Origin: Pseudomonadota bacterium
GTDB lineage: Bacteria > Desulfobacterota > Desulfobulbia > Desulfobulbales > SURF-16
Assembly: GCA_018897105.1 (NCBI GenBank)
Contig: JAHILF010000053.1
Span: 62,056 to 126,055, forward strand
DNA length: 64,000 nucleotides
Direction: 5' to 3'
Shown: piece after piece, positions 30,277 to 41,108 of the stretch
How the letters are laid out: the number at the start of each line of letters is the position of its first letter
Position numbering within the stretch: position 1 is the stretch's first letter
Translations under genes and position numbers: made by a program
Notes under the pieces: generated by a model
Database searches by the model: none
What the model saw: only the letters and a program-made list of their open reading frames with translations
What the model was told of the DNA's origin: nothing

Positions 30277-31344
30277 CTATTCTTCCCCTGTTTCCAGGTG
30301 AATTATGTCAATTTCCACGTACATCTCGGTTGGAGACACATATACCGGTGTATTAACTCCTAATGCGTCTGAGGGATGAAGCGTTTCCAGCAGCATTGTA
30401 TTGCGTTCGACATGACGATCAATTTGCTCCATTTTGCCTTCAAAGGTGGTGTAATCCGCAAAATCATCAAGACTGAAAGTCAGCCGGTACTTTCCTGATC
30501 GATCCACATCAGGGCTGTTCTGGTGCAGAGCCAGATTCCAGTTGTAGAGATAAACGATCTTGCCCGGGCCATCAATCGTTGCTGAGTACCAGGTCGGCCT
30601 GGCATGCACGCCGAAACCCTCATAGACTGCACTGTCGTATACACCCACCCATTGACCAGTAATATCATCATATTTTTGAATGGTAAGCCGGGCGCAGACG
30701 CTATAGACTCCTGCCGTGTCGGATTCCTTGGTGAAGCTGTTTGTTCCCCATTTATCGGCAACCTCTCCTTCCTCTTCCTCCAAGGTCATGAACAGCGAAG
30801 TATCCATATCGCCATCAAGACATATACCGGTTTGAAGGGATAGTCCGGTAAGATCCTTCATCTGATATTCGCTCATGCTCCCGTATCCGGATAGGTCGGT
30901 AGTGAGAGATACACCTATGGGGATAACTGACTTGTCGTTCCACTGTGTGTTAATAACCTCATCGGACCAGTCCACTGTCACGGGCACGAGTCCGAAATCC
31001 GCGCCCAAAAAGCCATCAGCGGTATTCCACTCCGCCTGCCAACTGTTGGTGTCATCCAACTGAAAATAGTACTCTGTATTGTTATAGCAATACACATTTC
31101 CAGTAAAGCTTGCCTCACTGCTGCCCGGTAAACCTGCCCCTCTATCGTCAACAGCCGGCAAGCCCCCCAGGCCATAGCCTTCAGCGAAAATGGCCGGCAC
31201 GGAAAGATAATTTGAGATCTCCTCTTCTTCAACTGGTACTGGCGGTTCTGCAGCTGCTGCATTAAATGCGGTTGCCGACAGGAACAGAAGACTGGTGGAA
31301 GCAACAGCAAAAACGGACGTTTTCAATTTATGTTTTCTCATCAT
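30277..31344 (-). CDS. Uncharacterised acidic secreted protein (355 aa)
   Basis: Signal peptide ending ...ATAFNAAAA, Asp/Glu-, Tyr- and Trp-rich, no family recognised. Confidence 0.85.
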   Translation of the reverse strand: MMRKHKLKTSVFAVASTSLLFLSATAFNAAAAEPPVPVEEEEISNYLSVPAIFAEGYGLGGLPAVDDRGAGLPGSSEASFTGNVYCYNNTEYYFQLDDTNSWQAEWNTADGFLGADFGLVPVTVDWSDEVINTQWNDKSVIPIGVSLTTDLSGYGSMSEYQMKDLTGLSLQTGICLDGDMDTSLFMTLEEEEGEVADKWGTNSFTKESDTAGVYSVCARLTIQKYDDITGQWVGVYDSAVYEGFGVHARPTWYSATIDGPGKIVYLYNWNLALHQNSPDVDRSGKYRLTFSLDDFADYTTFEGKMEQIDRHVERNTMLLETLHPSDALGVNTPVYVSPTEMYVEIDIIHLETGEE

Positions 31345-31943
31345 TCATTCTCCATTTCTTTTCATCATCTCATCTCATTTAACTACAATTTATCGCCATA
31401 CTATTTCTCTCTTTCATTTTCTCTATATCAATGATCACCTCTCTTTCCATTGGTTATACTTGTCGTTTTATGATGCTTCTCTCTTCATTTGTTACGTAGC
31501 ACACCAGACTCTTATTCTCTCCCGCCGTTTCCCAAATAAACACCTCTCACTGATCTTCATAAAATCCGCGTAAGATCCTTTTCTATGGAGAAAAAACTCA
31601 AAAGTCCTTATCCTTAAATAAATAGACCAAAACCATGCGGACGATAATGATCACTCAATATGCCAGGTAAAACCTTACATAGAGCTTACACGAAGAAGAA
31701 AAACTGAAAAAAAATTATTAAAACTGCTAATCATTTGTTATAATAGTATTTTCAATTACCCCTCAGTTGTCGACGGCAACCGGACGCAATGCCTATTTTC
31801 CGGTTTTTAAAAAAATTAGCAGCGGATCTTGATCCGTCCGACGCAGTTATGAACAGATTTTATTTATTTTCTTTTGCAGGGGGCGTATTATACTTAAATG
31901 AAAAGTCCGGGAATAAAATCTACCTGCATGGAAGTTATTGGCA

Positions 31944-32480
31944 ATGAGCTGGAAAATAAACCATGAGTTTGCTGTTCGTTCTGCCCTCCTGCTTTTTCTG
32001 ATCAGTTTTTTTGTTATCAGCTGTGGACAGGAAAAAGGCAAATATCCGGAAAAGGCTACCCTGAATGAACTTGCTCCCAATTTCACCTTGACCGATATTC
32101 AGGGGCAAAAGTGGCAACTTTCCGACCTGCGCGGCAAGCTGGTTTTTATTAATTTCTGGGCTACATGGTGCCCACCCTGCCAGGAGGAATTGCCTTCCAT
32201 GGAAACACTCTACCGGGGCATGGACAAAGGCAGGTTTCAGATGCTGACCATTCTGAGCAATGACAATCCAGACCTAGCGCACATGCTCGCGGGCAGGATA
32301 GGTCTTACCTTCCCTATTCTCATTGACCCAGAATCCAAGGGAGCCGCACGGTATGGGATTACCGGGGTGCCTGAGACTTTTATTATCGATTCGCAGGGAA
32401 TTTTACGGGAAAAAATCATCGGACCCAGAAACTGGAACTCTCCTGCTGCCTGGCAGCTGCTTGGGAAATATCTTCCGTAA
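31944..32480 (+). CDS. TlpA/ResA-family thiol-disulfide oxidoreductase lipoprotein
   Basis: Lipobox-like VISC, FINFWATWCPPCQEELP, GVPETFIID. Confidence 0.9.
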   Translation: MSWKINHEFAVRSALLLFLISFFVISCGQEKGKYPEKATLNELAPNFTLTDIQGQKWQLSDLRGKLVFINFWATWCPPCQEELPSMETLYRGMDKGRFQMLTILSNDNPDLAHMLAGRIGLTFPILIDPESKGAARYGITGVPETFIIDSQGILREKIIGPRNWNSPAAWQLLGKYLP

Positions 32481-33089
32481 CTGAAGGCGCCCACACGAAA
32501 ACTTCGCGATAACGATGGGGGGTAATTACACCTCCCCCCGAAGGCACCTCCGGATAACAAACAACTCTTCAAACAAGAAGCGTTGGATCTTCCTTGTGCT
32601 AATTTTGCCGGTGTCAGCTGCTGTCCATTTTACATTAAATTCCTGCATTAACCATTATTTCACCTCCCATCCTCTGCCTTGCCCTCCGGGTCCTGTCTCA
32701 AAAAAATCAGGCCTGCAACTTTAAACAGTTTTCTTCGCCGCAGCCTACGCAGCAAAGGACAATGCAAAAAAGGAGATACAGGACCGGTTAGGAGAATTTT
32801 TCTGTACCGGACAGCGAAACCGAGCAGAGATGATCAGGGGAAAACGAGCAGAGATAACAAAACAGCAGTTTATACCGCCCAGCACATTGCTGGTTATCGA
32901 AAAAAAAAGAAGACGCCCTGCGGAAACACAGCAGGGACATTCTACCTATTCCAGTCAGGCGGCAGTCAGGGAGTACCAAGCAAACGAAACAAGTAACAAA
33001 AAAAAGTTGCTATTTTACTATTATCTATCGCAATAAATATGTTCTTGAGACCGTTCACGATAATTGATGGCACATTCGTCACATAGTTT

Positions 33090-33132
33090 GATGGATGGAA
33101 ATCGTCCATCCTGGGGCTCTGCCCCAGACCCC
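33090..33132. repeat. Two adjacent short hairpins (REP-like GGGGCTCTGCCCC)
   Basis: GATGGATG-gaaat-CGTCCATC followed by GGGGCTCTGCCCCAGACCCC in a long intergenic region. Confidence 0.35.
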
Positions 33133-33830
33133 GAGGTTTTAAAGGCATGAAGGCTCCTCAAAAATATCACCTACCTTTTAACTTTGATGGAAAATGTGGG
33201 CAACATGAACAAGAATCATGTCATTTTTGCACAATTTTGATCACAAATTATGTGCTCAGGCACATCCATCAATGATTGACATATTTTTTTTAAAATGCGT
33301 AAATTAAATAGCCTGCTGTAATACCTGCAATTCAATAAAATAAAAAGCTTCCTTCATTATCAAGGCGGGGGAAAACAATATGTTTAATGATAGATATTTC
33401 ATGCAGCTTACCCCTGTGAACGTACCCAAACACCTGCCAAATAACAAAGTTCCATTGGGGGGCAAACATGACTGCAGATTTAGGCCGCTCCCCCAAGGCA
33501 GACAAAAAAAGTCGTTCCACCCAGCGCAGACTGAGGAACCTCCTCTGTAACTACCGTTTTTCTAGTTAATGCTTGCTTTCCGTCCAGATACCATAACATC
33601 ATCTGATGTTATCATTTATCGCATGATGGGGTTGATTCGCATGTGTTCCGCTACTTTATTCCTTGTTTTTTCCGTGTTCTTTAAGCGGGTAATAGAGGAA
33701 CGCCCCGGGCTTGTGAAAAATATTTTCGCAATGCGGCTTGACAATATCCGCTGGAAAGTTACCTCGACAAACACATTCTGACTCTGATGAAGGGATACCG
33801 TTGACCAGCAAAATTTCTGCAAAAACATCT

Positions 33831-34292
33831 ATGGATCAGACAAATTGCTATTGTATTTTCAGGATTGACGACCAGTTGTTTGGCGTTGCTGTTTCCAGAG
33901 TGGAAAAGATTATTCGGGCTGCAGCCGTTATCCCTCTGCCCGACGGTCCCGATACTATTGTAGGACTGCTGAATGTGGAAGGCCGCATACTGCCGGTTGT
34001 CAATATCAGAAAAAAATGGCACCTGCCGGAACGCGGCATGGAAGTCGATGATCGCATCATCCTCTTCAAGGCCGGTGTGCTCGTCAGTTTTATCGTTAAT
34101 GGTATCATTGGCGTTGCACAATTTGATCAGCTGAAATTCCATCAGGCAGAAGAAATTCACCCTGGTTTGAAGCACTATATCGAAGGGGTGGGGAAGTTCG
34201 ACAATAACAGCGTGATTATTGTTGATATGGCCCGTTTTTTCAACGACCAGGAATTCAACTATATGGAAAAAATCACGACGGATCATGAATAA
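33831..34292 (+). CDS. cheW: CheW-like coupling protein
   Basis: IFRIDDQLFG...VGLLNVEGRILPVVN; first gene of the chemosensory cluster. The start is uncertain. Confidence 0.88.
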   Translation: MDQTNCYCIFRIDDQLFGVAVSRVEKIIRAAAVIPLPDGPDTIVGLLNVEGRILPVVNIRKKWHLPERGMEVDDRIILFKAGVLVSFIVNGIIGVAQFDQLKFHQAEEIHPGLKHYIEGVGKFDNNSVIIVDMARFFNDQEFNYMEKITTDHE

Positions 34293-35859
34293 AGTTCTTC
34301 CACAGACAGAGAAAGAGATCCCGCATTACCTGATGGTCCGGCTCAATGACGTGATCAGGAAGAGCATTGGCCTCTATTTTCCGGAAAACCGCTGGCCGGA
34401 GCTGCAACGGAAGATCATGATGATGGGACGGGATCTGAACCTTGACAACGCGACAGCTACTGTTCAATGGCTGCTTGATCTCCCCCAGCAGCGGAGGCGT
34501 GAAGATCTGCTGACCAGCTATCTCACCATTGGTGAAACCTTTTTCTTCCGTGACCAGGAGGTATGGAACCTCCTGAAACAGACAATCATTCCCGAAAGAA
34601 TGGCGGCAAAAACAGCAAATGAACGGGCATTAACACTCTGGAGCGCAGCCTGTTCTTCCGGTGAAGAACCTTATTCAATAGCCATGACCGTGTCTCAGAT
34701 TCCCGCTCTTGAAGAATGGGATGTAATCATCCTGGCCACGGATATAAACAAAGCATTCATTGCCAAAGCTAAGAAAGGCGACTACAGCAAATGGTCTTTC
34801 CGCAACATGAGTCCGTGGCTTGTGTCCAAGCACTTCAACAAAAAAAATGACAACTGCTACAGCATTGCATCCTCTCTGAAAAAAACGGTGTCCTTTGTTC
34901 AGCTTAATCTGGCAGGTAATAATTATCCCTCCGACATGAATCATACATCAGGCGTTGATGTCATCTTCTGCCGCAATGTTCTCATGTACTTTCCTCCGAA
35001 ACTTCGACAGCACGTCATCAATCGTCTCTTCATGGCTTTGAACCCAGGTGGATGGCTGCTGCTTGCCGCAAGTGAGATAGGTTTTATCGAACATCCCGGG
35101 CTCAACGGAGAACATATGGACGGGGTGCATGTATTCCGCAAACAGAACGTACCGCATACAGACCGGTGCCGGAAGCATTTTCAGCCTGCCGCGGCAAAGA
35201 CAGTAACGGTTCAGTCGATCAACCATTCGAACAGAAAACAGACACCGATTTCTTCTGCAACTCACGCCCGGACAGGGCAACAGGAGCTGCCGCAAGCAAA
35301 GGTGAAATCTGAAGAGAAAAAAGCGGCTGAAAGAGAAGAATGCGCCTCTCTCATGGAGCAATATCACGCGGCAGATAAACTCTTTCAGGAGAGATGTTAT
35401 GAAGAGGCTCAGACCAAACTGCAGGAACTGCTGGAGGTCAACGAGCTGCAGAATATCTGCTATTTCAAAACTAAAGTGCTGGCGCTATTAGCCAAAACTC
35501 ACGCGAATCAGGGCAACCTGACCGAAGCCAGGAACCTTGGCGAGCAGGCAATTGCCATGGATAAGCTTAATACCGACTATTACCATTTTCTGGCCACGGT
35601 CTGCCAGGAACAGGGGGAAAAGCAGGAGGCGGTCAGACTGCTCAAGCAATCTCTGTATCTTGACCACGACTTTGTGCTGGCCCACTTCCAACTTGCCAGC
35701 CTGGTAATCGATCAGCTAGAGGCAAAAAAATATCTCAAAAACACCCTCTCCCTACTGAGCTCTCTCCCGCCTGATGCGCTACTGCCCGGTTCAGAGGGGC
35801 TGACGGTCGGTCGCTTGAGAGAAACTGCACAGTCAATGCTGGAACGGATAGGTGACTGA
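34285..35859 (+). CDS. cheR: CheR methyltransferase with C-terminal TPRs (WspC-like)
   Basis: TIGETFFFRD, WSAACSSGEEPYS, ATDIN, VIFCRNVLMYF, TPR-like SLYLDHDFVLAHF. Confidence 0.93.
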   Translation: MNKVLPQTEKEIPHYLMVRLNDVIRKSIGLYFPENRWPELQRKIMMMGRDLNLDNATATVQWLLDLPQQRRREDLLTSYLTIGETFFFRDQEVWNLLKQTIIPERMAAKTANERALTLWSAACSSGEEPYSIAMTVSQIPALEEWDVIILATDINKAFIAKAKKGDYSKWSFRNMSPWLVSKHFNKKNDNCYSIASSLKKTVSFVQLNLAGNNYPSDMNHTSGVDVIFCRNVLMYFPPKLRQHVINRLFMALNPGGWLLLAASEIGFIEHPGLNGEHMDGVHVFRKQNVPHTDRCRKHFQPAAAKTVTVQSINHSNRKQTPISSATHARTGQQELPQAKVKSEEKKAAEREECASLMEQYHAADKLFQERCYEEAQTKLQELLEVNELQNICYFKTKVLALLAKTHANQGNLTEARNLGEQAIAMDKLNTDYYHFLATVCQEQGEKQEAVRLLKQSLYLDHDFVLAHFQLASLVIDQLEAKKYLKNTLSLLSSLPPDALLPGSEGLTVGRLRETAQSMLERIGD

Positions 35860-35864
35860 TTAAC

Positions 35865-36383
35865 ATGAACGATCAACATGATATTCTCCTTAACCGGGCG
35901 AGAGAACTTGCCAGACCGTTGAAGGACAAGGAACATGAAAACGATGTCCTGAAAATTGTCGAATTCCAGCTGGGAGGTGAAATCTACGGTCTGGAGCTTG
36001 ACCATATCCTTGAAGTTTACCCGCTGCGGAAACTGACTCCAATGCCGGGAGTACCGTCCTTTGTTAAAGGGATCATTAATGTCAGAGGGCATATTGTTTC
36101 AGTAATCGATTTGCGCATTTTTTTTGAGATGAATTGCCAAGAATTAACTGACAGTACCAGTGTAATTATCCTGCAGTCAAAAAACATGGAATTCGGCATT
36201 CTGGCCGATGCGATTATCGGCATCGATACCATTGCCAAAAAAGAGATTATGCCCTCCCTTCCCACTCTTTCCGGAATCAGGGCTGATTTCCTGAAAGGTG
36301 TAAGCAAGGAACGGTTGGTAATCCTCGATGGGGCTAAACTGCTGGCGGATACCCGGCTGATTGTTGATGAAGAGGTAGTCTGA
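35865..36383 (+). CDS. cheW: CheW-like coupling protein (WspD-like)
   Basis: ILLNRARELA N-terminus, EFQLGGEIYG, GIINVRGHIVSVIDL. Confidence 0.92.
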   Translation: MNDQHDILLNRARELARPLKDKEHENDVLKIVEFQLGGEIYGLELDHILEVYPLRKLTPMPGVPSFVKGIINVRGHIVSVIDLRIFFEMNCQELTDSTSVIILQSKNMEFGILADAIIGIDTIAKKEIMPSLPTLSGIRADFLKGVSKERLVILDGAKLLADTRLIVDEEVV

Positions 36384-36459
36384 AACCGGATTATAGAGGC
36401 TTTCATCCAGTAAATTCGGGGAAAAGCCTTAAAGAGTGTGCTGCACACTGCGGAGTAAA

Positions 36460-36615
36460 CCGTTGTAATAACATAATATCGTCGTTCGGATACCAGAAGA
36501 CGGCATAAGGAGCCATAACGAAATACTCAATAATGAAGAGGTTATTTCGTAACGGCTCCTAAGCCGTTGTAATAAAATGTTATCGTCCTCTGGTTGTCAG
36601 AGACGGCATAAGGAG
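36460..36615 (+). repeat. Duplicated ~53-nt leader unit separated by a long inverted repeat, upstream of the MCP
   Basis: Direct repeats at 36460-36512 and 36564-36615 (CCGTTGTAATAA...ATCGTC...AGACGGCATAAGGAG), and an imperfect inverted repeat at 36500-36525/36543-36567. Confidence 0.7.
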
Positions 36616-36626
36616 GAAAATCAAGT

Positions 36627-38669
36627 ATGAGACAGATGATAAAAGTGAACCTGATGCGGCAGATGATATTCTTTTATATCACTGGGGCAATGTTTGCCAT
36701 CGGAGTTGTTGCTGCCACGACCTTCACTTATTCCAAGAATTGCTTGCAGAACAACTACTTCAGACAACTTTCCGCAGTCAATGAAATCAAAAGAAAGCAG
36801 ATTTCAGACTATCTGCAGGATAGAAGCAACGATCTGAATATTCTGGCTCAATCAGTCGATCTCATTGACTCTTTTGATAAACTTAAAAAATACCATGATG
36901 CCGGCGGCGGTGACCCCACCGGTGAATATGATATCAGCACAGCTGAATACAAAAAGATTTACACCGAAATCGACCCCTATTTCCGCAAATATCTCAATGC
37001 CTATGGCTATGCAGATATGTATTTCATCTGTGCCAGCCACGGACACGTCATGTACACGGTATTGCGCAAGGGGGATCTCGGCACCAATCTCAAAGTAGGT
37101 CCCCTGCATGACTCAGGCCTGGGGCAACTCTGGACCAGAGTCATCAACGAGAAAAGGACCGTTCTTGTTGATTTTTCCCGATATGCTCCATTTAATAACA
37201 AAGCAACCATCTTCATCGGCACACCGGTTTTTAATGAATCCGGATCAATATCCGCTGTTCTGGCTCTGCTGCTCAACACCGAGCAGATCAATCAAATCAT
37301 GCAGGAAAAAACAGGCATGGGCGATACCGGTGAAACCTATCTGGTAGGCAATGATTATCTCATGCGTTCCGACTCCCGTTTGACCGATAATCCGACGATT
37401 CTGCAGCAACTGGTAAAATCAGAAGCGGTCAACAGAGGTCTGCAGCATAATTACGGTGAGGCGGTTCTTACCAATTATCGAGGATTAGAGGTATTAAGTA
37501 GTTACAGTCATGTAGGTCTCAATGAACAGTTTGGTGCAAACTTTGACTGGGTCATCGTATCGGAAATCACCAAAAGCGAAGCTTTTGCGCCCATCAAGCA
37601 CCTTGCCATAAAAACCGCATGGCTAGCCCTGGGCCTGGTTACCCTTTCAAGCCTGGTCGGCTTCTCCATTGCCAAAACAATCGTCAAACCCCTGGCCCAT
37701 ATGTCAGACATATTTTCCCGTGTTTCCAAAGGTGACCTGACCGTCACCGTTGAGCGAACAACACGGCAGGATGAGGTTGGGATGCTGACGAACGCAGCGT
37801 ACCACATGGTCGATACCCTGCGCAATCAGGTGGAGCAGATAAGAGAAGGCACAAACCGCCTTGCCTCATCCATTACCGAAATATCTTCTTCAGTGGCTCA
37901 ACTTGCCACCAGTTCCACGGAAACCTCGACCACCATTGTCGAGGTGGGCAGCACCCTGGAAGAAGTGCGCCATACAGTTCAGCTCTCCGACGCCAAGGCC
38001 AAGCAGGTGGCCGAGCAGGCCAGCCAGGCCAGCCAGATATCCACGGCGGGCAAACGGGCTTCCGAAGAGGCTGTGGAAGGTATGAAAAAGATTAACGAGG
38101 AAATGGAATATGTCGCTGACAGTATCATCCGTCTCAGCGAACAAACCCAGAATATCGGTGAAATCATCGGAGCAGTAAACGATCTCACCGACCAATCCAA
38201 TCTTCTGTCAGTCAACGCCGCTATTGAGGCGGCCAAAGCCGGGGAGTATGGCAAGGGATTTGCCGTTGTCGCCCAGGAGGTAAAAAGTCTGGCTGAACAG
38301 TCCAAAGATGCAACCAGTCAGGTCAGATCCATTCTCAACGACATCCAGAAAGCAACCAGTGCGGCGGTAATGGCCACAGAACGGGGCAGCAAGGCGGTGA
38401 AAGCCGGAATGAATCTGACTGGTGAAGCAGGAGATACCATCGCCACCCTTGAGACCACCATGGCTGAATCCTCCCAGACTGTCGGGCAGATCAACGCCTC
38501 CAGCCATCAGCAACTGATCGGCATGGATCAGCTGGTCCAGGCCATGGAAAACATCAAGGATGCCACGGCGCAAAACGTCGACAGCACCAAACAACTTGAA
38601 AATGCAACCCATGATCTTGATGAGCTTGCCCGCAGTCTCAAAATGATAGCGGAACGGTTTACGGTATAA
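36627..38669 (+). CDS. Methyl-accepting chemotaxis protein (Cache sensor, HAMP)
   Basis: Two TM segments, periplasmic Cache-like domain, HAMP, signalling tip [30 protein letters not shown]. Confidence 0.95.
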   Translation: MRQMIKVNLMRQMIFFYITGAMFAIGVVAATTFTYSKNCLQNNYFRQLSAVNEIKRKQISDYLQDRSNDLNILAQSVDLIDSFDKLKKYHDAGGGDPTGEYDISTAEYKKIYTEIDPYFRKYLNAYGYADMYFICASHGHVMYTVLRKGDLGTNLKVGPLHDSGLGQLWTRVINEKRTVLVDFSRYAPFNNKATIFIGTPVFNESGSISAVLALLLNTEQINQIMQEKTGMGDTGETYLVGNDYLMRSDSRLTDNPTILQQLVKSEAVNRGLQHNYGEAVLTNYRGLEVLSSYSHVGLNEQFGANFDWVIVSEITKSEAFAPIKHLAIKTAWLALGLVTLSSLVGFSIAKTIVKPLAHMSDIFSRVSKGDLTVTVERTTRQDEVGMLTNAAYHMVDTLRNQVEQIREGTNRLASSITEISSSVAQLATSSTETSTTIVEVGSTLEEVRHTVQLSDAKAKQVAEQASQASQISTAGKRASEEAVEGMKKINEEMEYVADSIIRLSEQTQNIGEIIGAVNDLTDQSNLLSVNAAIEAAKAGEYGKGFAVVAQEVKSLAEQSKDATSQVRSILNDIQKATSAAVMATERGSKAVKAGMNLTGEAGDTIATLETTMAESSQTVGQINASSHQQLIGMDQLVQAMENIKDATAQNVDSTKQLENATHDLDELARSLKMIAERFTV

Positions 38670-38720
38670 TCGCCAATGCCGATAAACCTGTTACCTATCA
38701 CCCAACCGGACTGACAGCAT

Positions 38721-41108
38721 ATGGATGAACAAGAACTACTCAGAAGACTCAGGGAAGCATTCAAGATAGAATCAGCGGAGAGGCTTGCTTCCCTCTCCAC
38801 CCGTCTCATGGAGTTGGAAAAAACCGACAATGCTGAACTGTGTCAAGAAATCATTGAAGTGATCTACAGGGAGGCGCACAGCCTGAAAGGGGCCGCACGT
38901 GCCGTCAACCTCACGGAAATTGAGGCGATCAGCCAGTCCATGGAAGGGGTCTTCGGCGCCATGAAACGGGGTGAAATCACACCCTCCTCCACTGTTTTTG
39001 ACACCATGCATGAGGTGGTGAGTTTTATTGAAAATATCCTGGCAACCGAGCAAAAAAGCGCTGGCAAGGATGAGTTGTCTGCCATTTTGCAGCAGTTAGA
39101 AAACCTGCAGGCAGGGCAAACCCCGGCAACTCAGAAAAAGCCGCCCCGTGCAGCTGGACCTCCGGCAGGTAATGATGCCGCACAGCAGATTAAGGATACC
39201 ATGAGCAGCGCTCTGCTGAAAGAGCAGCCGGGCAGGCAGGAGTCGGCCGGAGTGGATGCCGGTGAACAGCCCGCTGCCTCGACAAACGAATCTCCTGACA
39301 AATCATCTCAGAAACTGAAACCGGCGGTGGAAAATCCCCATTTAGGCAGCAGTGTGAGGATTTCTACCGATAGACTTGACAAGCTGCTTCTTAAAGCTGA
39401 AGAGATGATTGCCGTAAAGCTGAGCGCATCCCAGGAAGTTAACGAACTGAAAAAGCTGCGCCACAGCTTTGAAAGCTGGCATAAAAAATGGATGAGGAAG
39501 GATGCCCTGCTCAGGCGCTACCGTAAAGAGTTGGCAATAGAAAATGAACAGGGGGGTACAAGAAGCGCTGAAATTCAAAAATTTCTCGATTGGAATCGTG
39601 ATTTCATTAATACGATGCACAAGGACATCCGCATCCTGGCTAAATCCGCTGAACTGAACCAGCGATTTCTCGACAGGAAGATCACCTATTTTCTGGAGGA
39701 CATGAAACGTGTCATCATGCTGCCCAGCACCACTCTCTTTGCCCCTTTTCCCAGGATGGTGAGAGAACTCGGCAGGAGTCAGGGCAAGGAAATTGATCTG
39801 GAACTCAAAGGCGCAGAAGTCGAAATCGACCGGCGGATTCTGGAGGAGTTGAAAGATCCACTGGTGCATCTGCTGCGCAACTGTGTGGATCACGGCGTGG
39901 AAAAACCCGAGGAACGCCGGCGGTTGAATAAACCGGAACGGGGCCGTATTTTCCTGCATATCGATCAGATCGAAGGGGGCAAGGTTGAGATAACCCTGGG
40001 AGATGACGGCCACGGCATTGATCCGGACATGGTGCGCAACTCAGCAGTGAAAAGAGGCCTTATCTCTGCCGAGGATGCGGCAAGGCTGACGGAAAAAGAG
40101 GCCCAGGGCCTTATTTTTCACTCAGGCATGTCTACCGCCTCAAGCCTCTCCCAACTTTCAGGACGAGGCCTCGGCATGGCTATCTTTCTGGAAAGGGTGG
40201 AAAAATTGGGCGGACAGCTTGATTTTGCCAGCATTCCGGGCAAAGGATCCTCATTCACCGTATGTCTCCCTCTCTCACTGGCAACCTTCCGGGGTACGCT
40301 GGTGCAGGTTGCCGGACAACCCTTTCTCGCCCCCAGTTCCCACCTTGTGGCTGTGCTGCATGTCAACGTTGCTTCCATCCGGACAGTACAGAACAAGGCA
40401 ACTATCAACTATGACGGGGAGCCCCTTTCACTGGTGGGGCTGGCAGACACCTTGCAGCTGGAAAAACCTGTTATTCGGAAAGAATCAAATAAAATCCAGG
40501 TGATGGTTCTTGGTACCTCAAACAGACGAATAGGCTTTGAGGTTGATGAGGTACTGGCGGAGCAGGAAGTACTGTTCAAAGAACTGGGCAAACAACTGCT
40601 GAGGGTAAAAAATATTGCCGGTGCCACCATTCTCGGTACGGGCCAAGTCGTACCCATTCTCAATGTCCATGATCTGCTTAAATCTGCGGTGGGCACTGTG
40701 GGGGAAAGATTTATCAGTGCGCGAACAAAGCAGGAGGAACAGAAACCGAAGTCGATTCTTGTGGTGGAAGATTCCATCACATCACGCACCCTGTTGAAAA
40801 GTATTCTGGAGGCAGCTGGCTATGTGGTTACAACCGCGGTTGATGGGGTCGACGGCTACACGAAACTCAAAATTAACCCCATTGATCTCGTCTTATCGGA
40901 TGTGGAAATGCCACGCATGAGCGGTTTTGAACTGACCGAAAAGATCAGAGCTGATGAAACCCTGGCCAATATACCTTTGATTCTCTGCACCAGCCTCGCC
41001 ACCGATCAAGACCGGGAACGGGGGATCCAGGTAGGAGCAAATGCCTATATCGTCAAAAGCAACTTTGACCAGAGCAATCTCCTCCAGGTGATAGAGAAAC
41101 TGATATGA
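38721..41108 (+). CDS. cheA: Hybrid CheA-REC histidine kinase (WspE-like)
   Basis: Hpt REAHSLKGAA, HLLRNCVDHG, DDGHG, SGRGLG, CheW domain, C-terminal REC (VVEDS, DVEMP). Confidence 0.95.
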   Translation: MDEQELLRRLREAFKIESAERLASLSTRLMELEKTDNAELCQEIIEVIYREAHSLKGAARAVNLTEIEAISQSMEGVFGAMKRGEITPSSTVFDTMHEVVSFIENILATEQKSAGKDELSAILQQLENLQAGQTPATQKKPPRAAGPPAGNDAAQQIKDTMSSALLKEQPGRQESAGVDAGEQPAASTNESPDKSSQKLKPAVENPHLGSSVRISTDRLDKLLLKAEEMIAVKLSASQEVNELKKLRHSFESWHKKWMRKDALLRRYRKELAIENEQGGTRSAEIQKFLDWNRDFINTMHKDIRILAKSAELNQRFLDRKITYFLEDMKRVIMLPSTTLFAPFPRMVRELGRSQGKEIDLELKGAEVEIDRRILEELKDPLVHLLRNCVDHGVEKPEERRRLNKPERGRIFLHIDQIEGGKVEITLGDDGHGIDPDMVRNSAVKRGLISAEDAARLTEKEAQGLIFHSGMSTASSLSQLSGRGLGMAIFLERVEKLGGQLDFASIPGKGSSFTVCLPLSLATFRGTLVQVAGQPFLAPSSHLVAVLHVNVASIRTVQNKATINYDGEPLSLVGLADTLQLEKPVIRKESNKIQVMVLGTSNRRIGFEVDEVLAEQEVLFKELGKQLLRVKNIAGATILGTGQVVPILNVHDLLKSAVGTVGERFISARTKQEEQKPKSILVVEDSITSRTLLKSILEAAGYVVTTAVDGVDGYTKLKINPIDLVLSDVEMPRMSGFELTEKIRADETLANIPLILCTSLATDQDRERGIQVGANAYIVKSNFDQSNLLQVIEKLI

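Noticed and set aside
32480-33830. Short ORFs, a CGAGCAGAGAT direct repeat and a possible c-di-GMP riboswitch in the tlpA-cheW intergenic region
   Set aside because: The ORFs lack RBSs or recognisable motifs, the repeat has only two short copies, and no GEMM consensus was found.
36460-36615. CRISPR array interpretation of the repeated leader
   Set aside because: Only two diverged units, the intervening sequence is complementary to the repeat, and there are no cas genes.
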